DNA from: Eledone cirrhosa
Lineage: Eukaryota
Direction of reading: 5' to 3'
Assembly: GCA_964016885.1 (NCBI GenBank)
Contig: OZ024757.1
Location: 38,440,001 to 38,504,000 of the forward strand
DNA length: 64,000 nt
Below the pieces are notes generated by a model. That model saw only the letters and a list, made by a program, of their open reading frames with translations. It ran no database searches and was not told the DNA's origin. The position numbers and the translations under genes are program-made. Below are positions 30,891 through 45,190 of the stretch, in pieces; within the stretch, counting starts at the first letter, position 1; every line of letters starts with the position of its first letter.

Positions 30891-31559
30891 TTTCATGAAA
30901 TTTCTCCAATAGATTAAGAGTCGGTATATAATATAGAAAATCATTTATTGGAAATTAGACATCGATAACTATGTGCATATGTATTTGTGTGCAGTTATGT
31001 ACATTATTCTGTGTTGATTTGTGTATATATATAACCATACATGCATGCATTTTGCCTGTATACATGCATACAATCATATATGTATATATGTATGAATGCC
31101 TGCCTGTAGTTGCTAGCACTAACAAGATGTCTTAGCTAATGTTAGGCTGTTACCATTTTTAGTTCTCTCTTTCTCTTTCTCTGAAGGGCAAACGCTCAAC
31201 TGGATAATTCCTCGTGGCGCCAACTGATAGAATGGACATTACGTTACTCCAGGAGACCAATGTTTATTTTCAGTTTTCGATTTTCTCTCATCACTATTGT
31301 AATATGCAAAAAATGTCTGGGCTATTTAGGATTAAAATATGCAGCTCTACTCATTTACGCTTTATTAGCTACTGACTAGACTTCCAGCCATATGATATGA
31401 CGTTTATTCTTGTCATTCACCAGCCGATAAAATAGAGGTCAAGTTTTGAGTTTAATCTAATTGACCGTCGGCTAATCAGCAAATCTGGAACGTTGTTTTA
31501 TCAATAAAACACTTTAATTAAATCCTACTCTGAGCATGCTTTGCAGTAAATAGTTTCCC

Positions 31560-32090
31560 GCAAATTGAATGGCGTTGTGCCTAAATCAGAAACCATTATC
31601 ACTACTTCACTTAGGGCGGTGGATTCGCAGTATCGGTGGAGCATCAGACATGTTTTATTGCGATCTGAGTTAAAATCCTGTCGCGCTTAGCTTTGAATTT
31701 TATCCTTACCGGGGCGATAAAATAAATTACGAGTCACGCACTGGAGTCAATTTAATCAGCTTTCCCCTTGCTCATCAGAACTGTTAATGAAGCAAACCCC
31801 AAATCGCATCTCTACCATATTGATACGCGTGTGCTATATGCAAAACCCGATTTAATCGACTATACTCGTGCCTCTAACATTGCTGGCCTTGTGCCTGAAT
31901 CAGAAACTATTATTTCTGTGGATTGGTAGAACCTCTAAAATAAACTTACCTCTATGCCGGATCTTTAAGTTCTGAGGTCGAATTTGTCTTTAATTCATCC
32001 GTAGTCGATACCATGAAATATCAATTAATTACTAAGGGCTATAGCATTGATTTTAACCCCTCCACATTATTGTTTACCTAAGTTAGAAAT
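31560..32090 (+). mobile_element. Degenerate SINE family 1 copies and fragments
   Basis: gggcggtggattcgcagtatcggt...gagttaaaatcc...; several tail motifs ttgctggccttgtgcc. Confidence 0.6.
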
Positions 32091-32249
32091 AATTTAGTCA
32101 TAATTATTTAATTCTATATTATGTATACCAAATTTACATATGTATAATTATTTCTAATTTTTCTGATTTTCTCATTTTCTACGGAGGTCAATCAATGAAA
32201 ACAAGCATACATTCATGTGTGTGTGTGTGCGTATGTATATGTATATATG

Positions 32250-32289
<40 letters not shown>

Positions 32290-32295
32290 ATGTAA

Positions 32296-32432
32296 TATAT
32301 TAATAAATGGGCACTATATTTATAAAACCATATTTATTTTATTATACATATTTCAAGGGCAACCAATGCAAATTATGGTGCGCTTTCATCAGATAAAATA
32401 CAGATTGCTTTATAAATAAATATTGACATACC
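32296..32432 (-). mobile_element. (TA)n-inserted element with hammerhead-like motif (second copy 60612-60742)
   Basis: Minus: tattttat-CTGATGA-aagcgcacca...tggttgccctt-GAAATATGTA-ta-ataaaata; copy at 60.6 kb has the core mutated. Confidence 0.5.
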
Positions 32433-32472
32433 CGGAAAAAAGACAATCTTAACGGTTGGGGCTTCCTGTATA

Positions 32473-32510
<38 letters not shown>

Positions 32511-32612
32511 CACAATTAGTGTATTGCAGGGTTTAAAATTATCAAACACAGTGTATCTGCCTTAGTATATGGACGTTGTTTCTAGCGTTAATTCAACATA
32601 ATATATGTTACC

Positions 32613-32653
<41 letters not shown>

Positions 32654-33230
32654 TACTTCAATAAGTATCGGTAATCACACATTTCCTTCTACTGAAATCA
32701 TCTGCTCGTACATAGGATATCAATATATTTAAGAGAAACCATAAATATAGACTTCATTCGCCCTTCGGGAATTTAACATAATTATAAGAAGTTTATCTGG
32801 AAACATTGACCGTTAAATCATGTTAATATAGCTTATCATTAATAAGGCGGTGAGTTGGCAGATATAGGAGTTGAGTGAACTAATTTTCTAACGGCTTTTA
32901 TTTCATATTCCTCCAGGGTTAACTTTATATTTCAGCGCTTTCTGCTTAAGTAAGTATATAGCAGTGTAGTTTATAAACTGTATGATTGAAGTTTTTTAAG
33001 CATACGTATTTGTTGATGTAAGACGCGGTATTAGTTAGATTTATGATGAACCTCTTCCAACAATAAATTTTATCGCCCCCTTATTTTTTTTTAATGAAGT
33101 AGGGTTTGGTTTAGAGATTTTGAAGCTCATTTTTGCAATCATTCGCTGACACGTTTCTTTAGATTTGGGAATCAAGATCACATTAGCTCATAGCTTTCTT
33201 TATTGACCCTGAGGAGATAAAATGTAAGTA

Positions 33231-36200
33231 TTTCTTTTTCCCTTTCTTTTTCCCTTTCTTTTTCCCTTTCTTTTTCCCTTTCTTTTTCCCTTTCTTTTTC
33301 CCTTTCTTTTTCCCTTTCTTTTTCCCTTTCTTTTTCCCTTTCTTTTTCCCTTTCTTTTTCCCTTTCTTTTTCCCTTTCTTTTTCCCTTTCTTTTTCCCTT
33401 TCTTTTTCCCTTTCTTTTTCCCTTTCTTTTTCCCTTTCTTTTTCCCTTTCTTTTTCCCTTTCTTTTTCCCTTTCTTTTTCCCTTTCTTTTTCCCTTTCTT
33501 TTTCCCTTTCTTTTTCCCTTTCTTTTTCCCTTTCTTTTTCCCTTTCTTTTTCCCTTTCTTTTTCCCTTTCTTTTTCCCTTTCTTTTTCCCTTTCTTTTTC
33601 CCTTTCTTTTTCCCTTTCTTTTTCCCTTTCTTTTTCCCTTTCTTTTTCCCTTTCTTTTTCCCTTTCTTTTTCCCTTTCTTTTTCCCTTTCTTTTTCCCTT
33701 TCTTTTTCCCTTTCTTTTTCCCTTTCTTTTTCCCTTTCTTTTTCCCTTTCTTTTTCCCTTTCTTTTTCCCTTTCTTTTTCCCTTTCTTTTTCCCTTTCTT
33801 TTTCCCTTTCTTTTTCCCTTTCTTTTTCCCTTTCTTTTTCCCTTTCTTTTTCCCTTTCTTTTTCCCTTTCTTTTTCCCTTTCTTTTTCCCTTTCTTTTTC
33901 CCTTTCTTTTTCCCTTTCTTTTTCCCTTTCTTTTTCCCTTTCTTTTTCCCTTTCTTTTTCCCTTTCTTTTTCCCTTTCTTTTTCCCTTTCTTTTTCCCTT
34001 TCTTTTTCCCTTTCTTTTTCCCTTTCTTTTTCCCTTTCTTTTTCCCTTTCTTTTTCCCTTTCTTTTTCCCTTTCTTTTTCCCTTTCTTTTTCCCTTTCTT
34101 TTTCCCTTTCTTTTTCCCTTTCTTTTTCCCTTTCTTTTTCCCTTTCTTTTTCCCTTTCTTTTTCCCGTTCTTTTTCCCGTTCTTTTTCCCGTTCTTTTTC
34201 CCGTTCTTTTTCCCGTTCTTTTTCCCGTTCTTTTTCCCGTTCTTTTTCCCGTTCTTTTTCCCGTTCTTTTTCCCGTTCTTTTTCCCGTTCTTTTTCCCGT
34301 TCTTTTTCCCGTTCTTTTTCCCGTTCTTTTTCCCGTTCTTTTTCCCGTTCTTTTTCCCGTTCTTTTTCCCGTTCTTTTTCCCGTTCTTTTTCCCGTTCTT
34401 TTTCCCGTTCTTTTTCCCGTTCTTTTTCCCGTTCTTTTTCCCGTTCTTTTTCCCGTTCTTTTTCCCGTTCTTTTTCCCGTTCTTTTTCCCGTTCTTTTTC
34501 CCGTTCTTTTTCCCGTTCTTTTTCCCGTTCTTTTTCCCGTTCTTTTTCCCGTTCTTTTTCCCGTTCTTTTTCCCGTTCTTTTTCCCGTTCTTTTTCCCGT
34601 TCTTTTTCCCGTTCTTTTTCCCGTTCTTTTTCCCGTTCTTTTTCCCGTTCTTTTTCCCGTTCTTTTTCCCGTTCTTTTTCCCGTTCTTTTTCCCGTTCTT
34701 TTTCCCGTTCTTTTTCCCGTTCTTTTTCCCGTTCTTTTTCCCGTTCTTTTTCCCGTTCTTTTTCCCGTTCTTTTTCCCGTTCTTTTTCCCGTTCTTTTTC
34801 CCGTTCTTTTTCCCGTTCTTTTTCCCGTTCTTTTTCCCGTTCTTTTTCCCGTTCTTTTTCCCGTTCTTTTTCCCGTTCTTTTTCCCGTTCTTTTTCCCGT
34901 TCTTTTTCCCGTTCTTTTTCCCGTTCTTTTTCCCGTTCTTTTTCCCGTTCTTTTTCCCGTTCTTTTTCCCGTTCTTTTTCCCGTTCTTTTTCCCGTTCTT
35001 TTTCCCGTTCTTTTTCCCGTTCTTTTTCCCGTTCTTTTTCCCGTTCTTTTTCCCGTTCTTTTTCCCGTTCTTTTTCCCGTTCTTTTTCCCGTTCTTTTTC
35101 CCGTTCTTTTTCCCGTTCTTTTTCCCGTTCTTTTTCCCGTTCTTTTTCCCGTTCTTTTTCCCGTTCTTTTTCCCGTTCTTTTTCCCGTTCTTTTTCCCGT
35201 TCTTTTTCCCGTTCTTTTTCCCGTTCTTTTTCCCGTTCTTTTTCCCGTTCTTTTTCCCGTTCTTTTTCCCGTTCTTTTTCCCGTTCTTTTTCCCGTTCTT
35301 TTTCCCGTTCTTTTTCCCGTTCTTTTTCCCGTTCTTTTTCCCGTTCTTTTTCCCGTTCTTTTTCCCGTTCTTTTTCCCGTTCTTTTTCCCGTTCTTTTTC
35401 CCGTTCTTTTTCCCGTTCTTTTTCCCGTTCTTTTTCCCGTTCTTTTTCCCGTTCTTTTTCCCGTTCTTTTTCCCGTTCTTTTTCCCGTTCTTTTTCCCGT
35501 TCTTTTTCCCGTTCTTTTTCCCGTTCTTTTTCCCGTTCTTTTTCCCGTTCTTTTTCCCGTTCTTTTTCCCGTTCTTTTTCCCGTTCTTTTTCCCGTTCTT
35601 TTTCCCGTTCTTTTTCCCGTTCTTTTTCCCGTTCTTTTTCCCGTTCTTTTTCCCGTTCTTTTTCCCGTTCTTTTTCCCGTTCTTTTTCCCGTTCTTTTTC
35701 CCGTTCTTTTTCCCGTTCTTTTTCCCGTTCTTTTTCCCGTTCTTTTTCCCGTTCTTTTTCCCGTTCTTTTTCCCGTTCTTTTTCCCGTTCTTTTTCCCGT
35801 TCTTTTTCCCGTTCTTTTTCCCGTTCTTTTTCCCGTTCTTTTTCCCGTTCTTTTTCCCGTTCTTTTTCCCGTTCTTTTTCCCGTTCTTTTTCCCGTTCTT
35901 TTTCCCGTTCTTTTTCCCGTTCTTTTTCCCGTTCTTTTTCCCGTTCTTTTTCCCGTTCTTTTTCCCGTTCTTTTTCCCGTTCTTTTTCCCGTTCTTTTTC
36001 CCGTTCTTTTTCCCGTTCTTTTTCCCGTTCTTTTTCCCGTTCTTTTTCCCGTTCTTTTTCCCGTTCTTTTTCCCGTTCTTTTTCCCGTTCTTTTTCCCGT
36101 TCTTTTTCCCGTTCTTTTTCCCGTTCTTTTTCCCGTTCTTTTTCCCGTTCTTTTTCCCGTTCTTTTTCCCGTTCTTTTTCCCGTTCTTTTTCCCGTTCTT

Positions 36201-38410
36201 TTTCCCGTTCTTTTTCCCGTTCTTTTTCCCGTTCTTTTTCCCGTTCTTTTTCCCGTTCTTTTTCCCGTTCTTTTTCCCGTTCTTTTTCCCGTTCTTTTTC
36301 CCGTTCTTTTTCCCGTTCTTTTTCCCGTTCTTTTTCCCGTTCTTTTTCCCGTTCTTTTTCCCGTTCTTTTTCCCGTTCTTTTTCCCGTTCTTTTTCCCGT
36401 TCTTTTTCCCGTTCTTTTTCCCGTTCTTTTTCCCGTTCTTTTTCCCGTTCTTTTTCCCGTTCTTTTTCCCGTTCTTTTTCCCGTTCTTTTTCCCGTTCTT
36501 TTTCCCGTTCTTTTTCCCGTTCTTTTTCCCGTTCTTTTTCCCGTTCTTTTTCCCGTTCTTTTTCCCGTTCTTTTTCCCGTTCTTTTTCCCGTTCTTTTTC
36601 CCGTTCTTTTTCCCGTTCTTTTTCCCGTTCTTTTTCCCGTTCTTTTTCCCGTTCTTTTTCCCGTTCTTTTTCCCGTTCTTTTTCCCGTTCTTTTTCCCGT
36701 TCTTTTTCCCGTTCTTTTTCCCGTTCTTTTTCCCGTTCTTTTTCCCGTTCTTTTTCCCGTTCTTTTTCCCGTTCTTTTTCCCGTTCTTTTTCCCGTTCTT
36801 TTTCCCGTTCTTTTTCCCGTTCTTTTTCCCGTTCTTTTTCCCGTTCTTTTTCCCGTTCTTTTTCCCGTTCTTTTTCCCGTTCTTTTTCCCGTTCTTTTTC
36901 CCGTTCTTTTTCCCGTTCTTTTTCCCGTTCTTTTTCCCGTTCTTTTTCCCGTTCTTTTTCCCGTTCTTTTTCCCGTTCTTTTTCCCGTTCTTTTTCCCGT
37001 TCTTTTTCCCGTTCTTTTTCCCGTTCTTTTTCCCGTTCTTTTTCCCGTTCTTTTTCCCGTTCTTTTTCCCGTTCTTTTTCCCGTTCTTTTTCCCGTTCTT
37101 TTTCCCGTTCTTTTTCCCGTTCTTTTTCCCGTTCTTTTTCCCGTTCTTTTTCCCGTTCTTTTTCCCGTTCTTTTTCCCGTTCTTTTTCCCGTTCTTTTTC
37201 CCGTTCTTTTTCCCGTTCTTTTTCCCGTTCTTTTTCCCGTTCTTTTTCCCGTTCTTTTTCCCGTTCTTTTTCCCGTTCTTTTTCCCGTTCTTTTTCCCGT
37301 TCTTTTTCCCGTTCTTTTTCCCGTTCTTTTTCCCGTTCTTTTTCCCGTTCTTTTTCCCGTTCTTTTTCCCGTTCTTTTTCCCGTTCTTTTTCCCGTTCTT
37401 TTTCCCGTTCTTTTTCCCGTTCTTTTTCCCGTTCTTTTTCCCGTTCTTTTTCCCGTTCTTTTTCCCGTTCTTTTTCCCGTTCTTTTTCCCGTTCTTTTTC
37501 CCGTTCTTTTTCCCGTTCTTTTTCCCGTTCTTTTTCCCGTTCTTTTTCCCGTTCTTTTTCCCGTTCTTTTTCCCGTTCTTTTTCCCGTTCTTTTTCCCGT
37601 TCTTTTTCCCGTTCTTTTTCCCGTTCTTTTTCCCGTTCTTTTTCCCGTTCTTTTTCCCGTTCTTTTTCCCGTTCTTTTTCCCGTTCTTTTTCCCGTTCTT
37701 TTTCCCGTTCTTTTTCCCGTTCTTTTTCCCGTTCTTTTTCCCGTTCTTTTTCCCGTTCTTTTTCCCGTTCTTTTTCCCGTTCTTTTTCCCGTTCTTTTTC
37801 CCGTTCTTTTTCCCGTTCTTTTTCCCGTTCTTTTTCCCGTTCTTTTTCCCGTTCTTTTTCCCGTTCTTTTTCCCGTTCTTTTTCCCGTTCTTTTTCCCGT
37901 TCTTTTTCCCGTTCTTTTTCCCGTTCTTTTTCCCGTTCTTTTTCCCGTTCTTTTTCCCGTTCTTTTTCCCGTTCTTTTTCCCGTTCTTTTTCCCGTTCTT
38001 TTTCCCGTTCTTTTTCCCGTTCTTTTTCCCGTTCTTTTTCCCGTTCTTTTTCCCGTTCTTTTTCCCGTTCTTTTTCCCGTTCTTTTTCCCGTTCTTTTTC
38101 CCGTTCTTTTTCCCGTTCTTTTTCCCGTTCTTTTTCCCGTTCTTTTTCCCGTTCTTTTTCCCGTTCTTTTTCCCGTTCTTTTTCCCGTTCTTTTTCCCGT
38201 TCTTTTTCCCGTTCTTTTTCCCGTTCTTTTTCCCGTTCTTTTTCCCGTTCTTTTTCCCGTTCTTTTTCCCGTTCTTTTTCCCGTTCTTTTTCCCGTTCTT
38301 TTTCCCGTTCTTTTTCCCGTTCTTTTTCCCGTTCTTTTTCCCGTTCTTTTTCCCGTTCTTTTTCCCGTTCTTTTTCCCGTTCTTTTTCCCGTTCTTTTTC
38401 CCGTTCTTTT
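33231..38410. repeat. Perfect 12-bp satellite: ~78 x TTTCTTTTTCCC then ~354 x GTTCTTTTTCCC
   Basis: Directly visible; first G variant at 34167. Confidence 0.98.
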
Positions 38411-38412
38411 AA

Positions 38413-38803
38413 TGGAGTGGCAGTATCGGTAGAGGGGTCGGACGCCATGCTTTGCAGCAAAGAGTTACGGCCCTTTATGATCTGGGTTCAAATCCCGCCG
38501 AGGCTAACTTTGCCTTTCATCCTTACGGGGTCGATAAAATAAAGTACCAGTAATGTACTGGGTTACTGCTGGCCTTCTGCCAAAAGTAGAAACAGTTATT
38601 ATTATATATGTGTGACGTCGGAAAGTATATCCACCAACCCCAACTATCTAACCCTCCACCACAGTACATTACTTGTACTTTATTTTATCGACACCGCAAG
38701 GGGTTAACCTCGGTGTGATTTGAACTCAGATCGTAACGGGACGTAACTCTATTCTGCGAAGGATGGCGTCCAATCATCTACCGATACTGTCAATACACCA
38801 CCC
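38413..38803. mobile_element. Tail-to-tail pair of SINE family 1 copies (+ 38413-38603, - 38660-38803)
   Basis: Plus copy nearly identical to 61088-61277; minus copy shows reverse-complement core and head. Confidence 0.85.
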
Positions 38804-39300
38804 TTTGTTGATAAGGATAATGAAAATAATGATAACGATGGCGACGATGACGTGATGATGATGCTGACGATAATAATAATAAAAATAATGACGCTTATGG
38901 TGATGTTCGTACTTTAGATCCTGAGTATGAATATGACAAGGTCGATTTTTATGATGATGATGATGATGATGATGCTAACAATGACGTCAACGGAAATAGT
39001 AGAACTGCCTATGGTGACATCGCCAAATTATTGTTGCTTTTGATGGTGTTGATGATGATAGTGGTGTTGATGACGGTGGTGGTGATGGTGGTGATGGTGG
39101 TGGTGATGGTGGTGATGGTAGTGGTGATCATGGTGATGGTGGTACATATGATAGAAAGGATGGAGATGGGATGAGGCTTGAAACAATAACTGTTTTATTA
39201 ATGGCTGCTGATAATTTTTATATATATACATGTATATATGCATATATATATATATATATATTTGTGTGCGTGTGTATATATATATATGTACATACACACA

Positions 39301-39337
<37 letters not shown>

Positions 39338-39513
39338 TTCCCCATATCTTATGTTAACTATTTTCCCATTTTGACGCTATAGTCGCATATATGTTATGGA
39401 ATACTGTTAGCTTCACGCTACAACAATTTCTATACTTTTCATTTATATATATATATTTATATATATATATTCGTGTGTGTACACGCACGCACGCACGCGC
39501 GCGCACACTCTCT

Positions 39514-39554
<41 letters not shown>

Positions 39555-40166
39555 GTGTGTGTATGGATACACATATGTAAATCTCTATATATGTATGTTT
39601 GAGTGTGTGTATATATATGCATGTTTGAATGTGTATATGTATACTATATATATATATTTGAATGTTTGTGTGTATATATATTCATATGTATGTGTATATA
39701 TGTATATTATATATATATTTTATGTGTGTATTTATATTTGTATGTATGTGTATATATATTCGTATGTATGTATATATACATATATACACACATATTACTG
39801 TAAATTAAGGGAATTTCAATAGAGGAAGTTGTAGTGGTGTATAAAAAAGGGGGTTCTTAGTTTTGATTTTTAATAAATTATCGTTCTTGCTGTTTATGAT
39901 TCTGTGCTTATTTGCTCTTTGTTTTACGTTTATTTAGCATTGTTGTTTTTATTTTTAGTTTGTATTTGTTGTTTGATTTTTGTACGTTTTTATTAATCCA
40001 TTGTTTCGTCAAAGATTTCAACAATATTGATTCTCAAATACAAACACATATACACTCACTCACAGGAACTTACATATGTATTCACATACACATTCTCAAA
40101 TCACTCTTTATATATACATGTGAGTGTGTTGTATTTATATATATGCATATTATATGTGTTTGTTTG

Positions 40167-40199
<33 letters not shown>

Positions 40200-41320
40200 T
40201 ATGTATGCATGTGTATGCATGTGTATATGTGATTTTTGTGTGTGCATATGTATACATATATGTTTATCTGTTTAGAAATGCATTCATACATTTAGCACAT
40301 TAACGATAATTATATAACACACGAGACAAGAGCACGTATTTCCTTACAATAAGACCGGTATAGCAATATACGCGGCAGCAATCACGAACGCTCTTTAAGT
40401 AACATGAACGTCAGTAGAGAAACAAATACCAACCAAGATATCGGCAGCTTTGAAAACTTACACAAAGTTGTACGTAAACTCATGTACATATATATCTACA
40501 CATATATATATTTACCTTTCCAATATATATATATATATATAAACATGGACATACATATACGTGTGTGTATATAAATGTAAATATATATATATGTATATAT
40601 ATGTGTAAACATATATATATATATATATATATATGCGTGTGTGTGTATATATATATTCATACATATATATAATTATATATAAATGTGTGTGTATATATAT
40701 AAAGATATATGTATGTATATGTATCTAGATAAATATATATATATGTATGTATGTGTATATAGATAAATATATATATATGTATGTATGTGTATATAGATAA
40801 ATATATATATATGTATGTATGTGTATATAGATAAATACATAAACGGAGAAAGCTAATAGCCAAAATCCAACTCCCTCAACAAACATTAGGAAAAACCTGA
40901 GTATATTCCTAATTAAACGTTCGGGGTGCTAACGAATTGTATTGTGTGGAAAATTTGCTATATCATTTCATGAGATATATCAAATATATCTCTTCCCAGG
41001 CGACTCGTTTCACTAAGATTTCTGCAAGTTGTGTGAAATTATACCAATTTATGTAGGAGCTTGTATAAGATCAACAGATAGTTATTCAAGTGGGCTCTTA
41101 AAATTCTTCAGTGAGTGCCCAATAATATTAATATTCATAACTATATATATTTATATAATGTATAAATATATATATATGTATAAATATATATATGTATATA
41201 ATGTATATATATATATATATATATATATTTAAGGAGTGATCGACTTTCGTCAAATCGAACCGAGGAAATGATGGTTCCGTTGGTCTTTCTAATTGCTAAT
41301 ACTATCTATCGGTCGCAGCT

Positions 41321-41440
41321 CCAGGTAGGAGCAAGGTGAAATAAAGTGGCTTGCTCAAGGACATAACGCATCGCCTGGTCTAGGAATCGAACTCACGATT
41401 GCGAAGCCAATTCTCTAACCACTCAGTCACATACCTTCAC
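41321..41440 (-). mobile_element. tRNA-derived CORE-type SINE (family 2), 5' part
   Basis: Minus: gtgactgagtggttagag...gagttcgattcc...gcgttatgtccttgagcaagccacttta (CORE-like). Confidence 0.7.
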
Positions 41441-41699
41441 TATGTATATATGTATAAATATATATATATGTATGTATAAATGTATATGTATATATATATA
41501 TGTATACACAACACACGAACATAACGTTCAAAGCTCCACTTACGAGGACAGGAACATGGAGAGAGAAAAATATATAGCTTAATGGTAAAGTTAACCATAT
41601 TGTGTAGAATTGTTGGGAAAGCTTTGGGAAACCATACACGTGTATAATTACATAGCCTTATGACCCTACACACGCAAACATATAAACACACACACGCAC

Positions 41700-41836
41700 A
41701 TATGTATATATGTTATATATATATATACATATATTATATCTAGCTACATATGAATATATATATTGTGTATATATATATGGTATATACACATGCATATATA
41801 TGCATATATATGTATGTATATATATATATTTATGAG

Positions 41837-41877
<41 letters not shown>

Positions 41878-43018
41878 GAGTATATGTATATATATATATA
41901 TATATGAGTATATGTATATATATATATATATATGAGTATATGTATATATATATATATATATGAGTATATGTATATATATATATATATATATGAGTATATG
42001 TATATATATATATATATATATGAGTATATGTATATATATATATATATATGAGTATATGTATATATATATATATATATGAGTATATGTATATATATATATA
42101 TATATATATGAGTATATGTATATATATATATATATGAGTATATGTATATATATATATATATATGAGTATATGTATATATATATATATATATGAGTATATG
42201 TATATATATATATATATATGAGTATATGTATATATATATATATATGAGTATATGTATATATATATATATATATGAGTATATGTATATGTATATATATATA
42301 TGAGTATATATATATGTATATATGTATATGAGTATATATATATGTATATGTATATGAGTATATATATGAGTATATATATATATGAGTATATATATGTGTA
42401 TATATATATATGAGTATATATGTATATATATACGTATATATATGAGTATATATATATACATATATGTATATATATACATATATATGTATATATATACATA
42501 TATATGTATATATGTATATATATACATATATATGTATATATATACATATATACGTATATATGTATATATATACATATATATGTATATATATACATATATA
42601 CGTATATATGTATATATATACATATATATGTATATATATATATATACATATATATATACATATATATGTATATATATACATATATATGTATATATACATA
42701 TATGTGTATATATACATATATGTATATACATATATATGTATATATATATATGTATATGTATATATATATATGTATATATATACATATATATGTATATATA
42801 TACATATATATGTATATATACATATATATGTATATATATACATATATATGTATATATATACATATATATACATATATATATGTATATAATATATACATAT
42901 ATATATGTATATATATATATACATATATATATGTGTATATATATACATATATATATGTGTATATATACATATATATATGTATATATGTATACATATATAT
43001 ATATATATATATGTATAC

Positions 43019-43052
<34 letters not shown>

Positions 43053-43098
43053 GTATATATATGTATACATATATATATATATGTATATATATGTATAC

Positions 43099-43129
<31 letters not shown>

Positions 43130-43447
43130 TGTATATATATGTATACATATATATATATATATGTATATATATGTATACATATATATATATGTATATATAT
43201 ATATACATATATATATATATGTATATATATATATACATATATATGTATATATATGTATATATATGTATATGTATATATATGTATATGTATATGTATATAT
43301 GTATATATATATATATATATGTATATATATGTATATGTATATATGTATATATATATATACATATATATATATATGTATATATATGTATATATATATATGT
43401 ATATATATATATACATATATATGTATATATATGTATACATATATATG

Positions 43448-43491
<44 letters not shown>

Positions 43492-43561
43492 TGTATATGT
43501 ATATATGTATATATATATATACATATATATATATATGTATATATATGTATATATATATATG

Positions 43562-43594
<33 letters not shown>

Positions 43595-43619
43595 GTATAT
43601 ATATGTATATGTATATATG

Positions 43620-43650
<31 letters not shown>

Positions 43651-43723
43651 GTATATATATGTATATATATATATGTATATATATATATACATATATATGT
43701 ATATATATGTATACATATATATG

Positions 43724-43770
<47 letters not shown>

Positions 43771-43785
43771 GTATACATATATATG

Positions 43786-43835
<50 letters not shown>

Positions 43836-43909
43836 CATATATATGTATATATATATATATGTATATATATGTATACATATATATGTATATATATGTATAC
43901 ATATATATG

Positions 43910-43959
<50 letters not shown>

Positions 43960-44343
43960 CATATATATGTATATATATATATACATATATATGTATATAT
44001 ATATACATATATATGTATATATATATACATATATATGTATATATATATACATATATGTATATATATATACATATATATGTATATATATATACATATATAT
44101 GTATATATATATACATATATGTATATATATATACATATATGTATATATATATACATATATGTATATATATATACATATATGTATATATATATACATATAT
44201 ATGTATATATGTATACATATATATGTATATATATATACATATATATGTATATATGTATATATACATATATATGTATATATGTATATATGTATATATGTAT
44301 ATATGTATATATATATATATACATATATATGTATATATATATG

Positions 44344-44417
<74 letters not shown>

Positions 44418-44680
44418 CATATATATGTATATATATATATACATATATATGTATATATATATATATACATATATATGTATATATATATACACATATATAT
44501 GTATATATGTATATATATATGTATATATATATACACATATATATGTATATATGTATATATATATGTATATATATATATACATATATATGTATATATATAT
44601 ATATACATATATATGTATATATATATACACATATATATGTATATATGTATATATATATGTATATATATATATACATATAT
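41700..44680. repeat. ~3 kb (TA)n-derived array with higher-order units (tatgagtatatg...)
   Basis: Directly visible. Confidence 0.97.
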
Positions 44681-44917
44681 TTGTTGCCTAAAGATAACAC
44701 TATAAGTGAACGGCAAATAAAACGTTTAAAAATATTTGATAAGATCTTTGTCACGACTCATAGTCATGTTTTCGTTGTATTTAAAGACACCAATCTTGAC
44801 ACACCTACCGGGAACTGGATATGATACGTATGGTCATAAATGTTTCCATAACTAAACAATATTTTGATTTACAAGGGTTTAAACCTGCGGTGGAATTGCG
44901 TCCTGTCTGGGAGGGAG

Positions 44918-45190
44918 TCTAGTGTGGCTTGGTGACAAGTGTGTTTGTACTTAAGATTATAATGCCATGGGTTCGATTCGTGGGCTGGGCCCTGTCTTGT
45001 GTTATTGAGCAATAGAGCTGCAATTTTTCACGTTGATCCAGTATATTCAGCTGGAAATGAGTACCAGTAATAGCTGAGTGTTTAAACCTGTGGACTGGCG
45101 TTCCGTCCATGGGGGGGGGGGTCTACCCTAAGTCGCTTCATGCCAGTAAAACCGACATTAGCACAGACATAATGAGACACCGAGCTCAAG
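44918..45190 (+). mobile_element. CORE-type SINE (family 2)
   Basis: gggttcgattc, ttgtgttattgagcaa, cagctggaaatgagtaccag, tggactggcgttcc, gtcgcttcatgcc; aligns with 63438-63690. Confidence 0.75.

Noticed and set aside
33163-33223. Selenoprotein exon (in-frame TGA-CCC-TGA)
   Set aside because: No recognisable selenoprotein homology and no SECIS identified; stops are expected by chance in AT-rich DNA
33178-38460. 1760-aa KERE-repeat ORF
   Set aside because: Translation of a perfect 12-bp satellite; the start lies in an antisense SINE head and there is no synonymous variation except one switch
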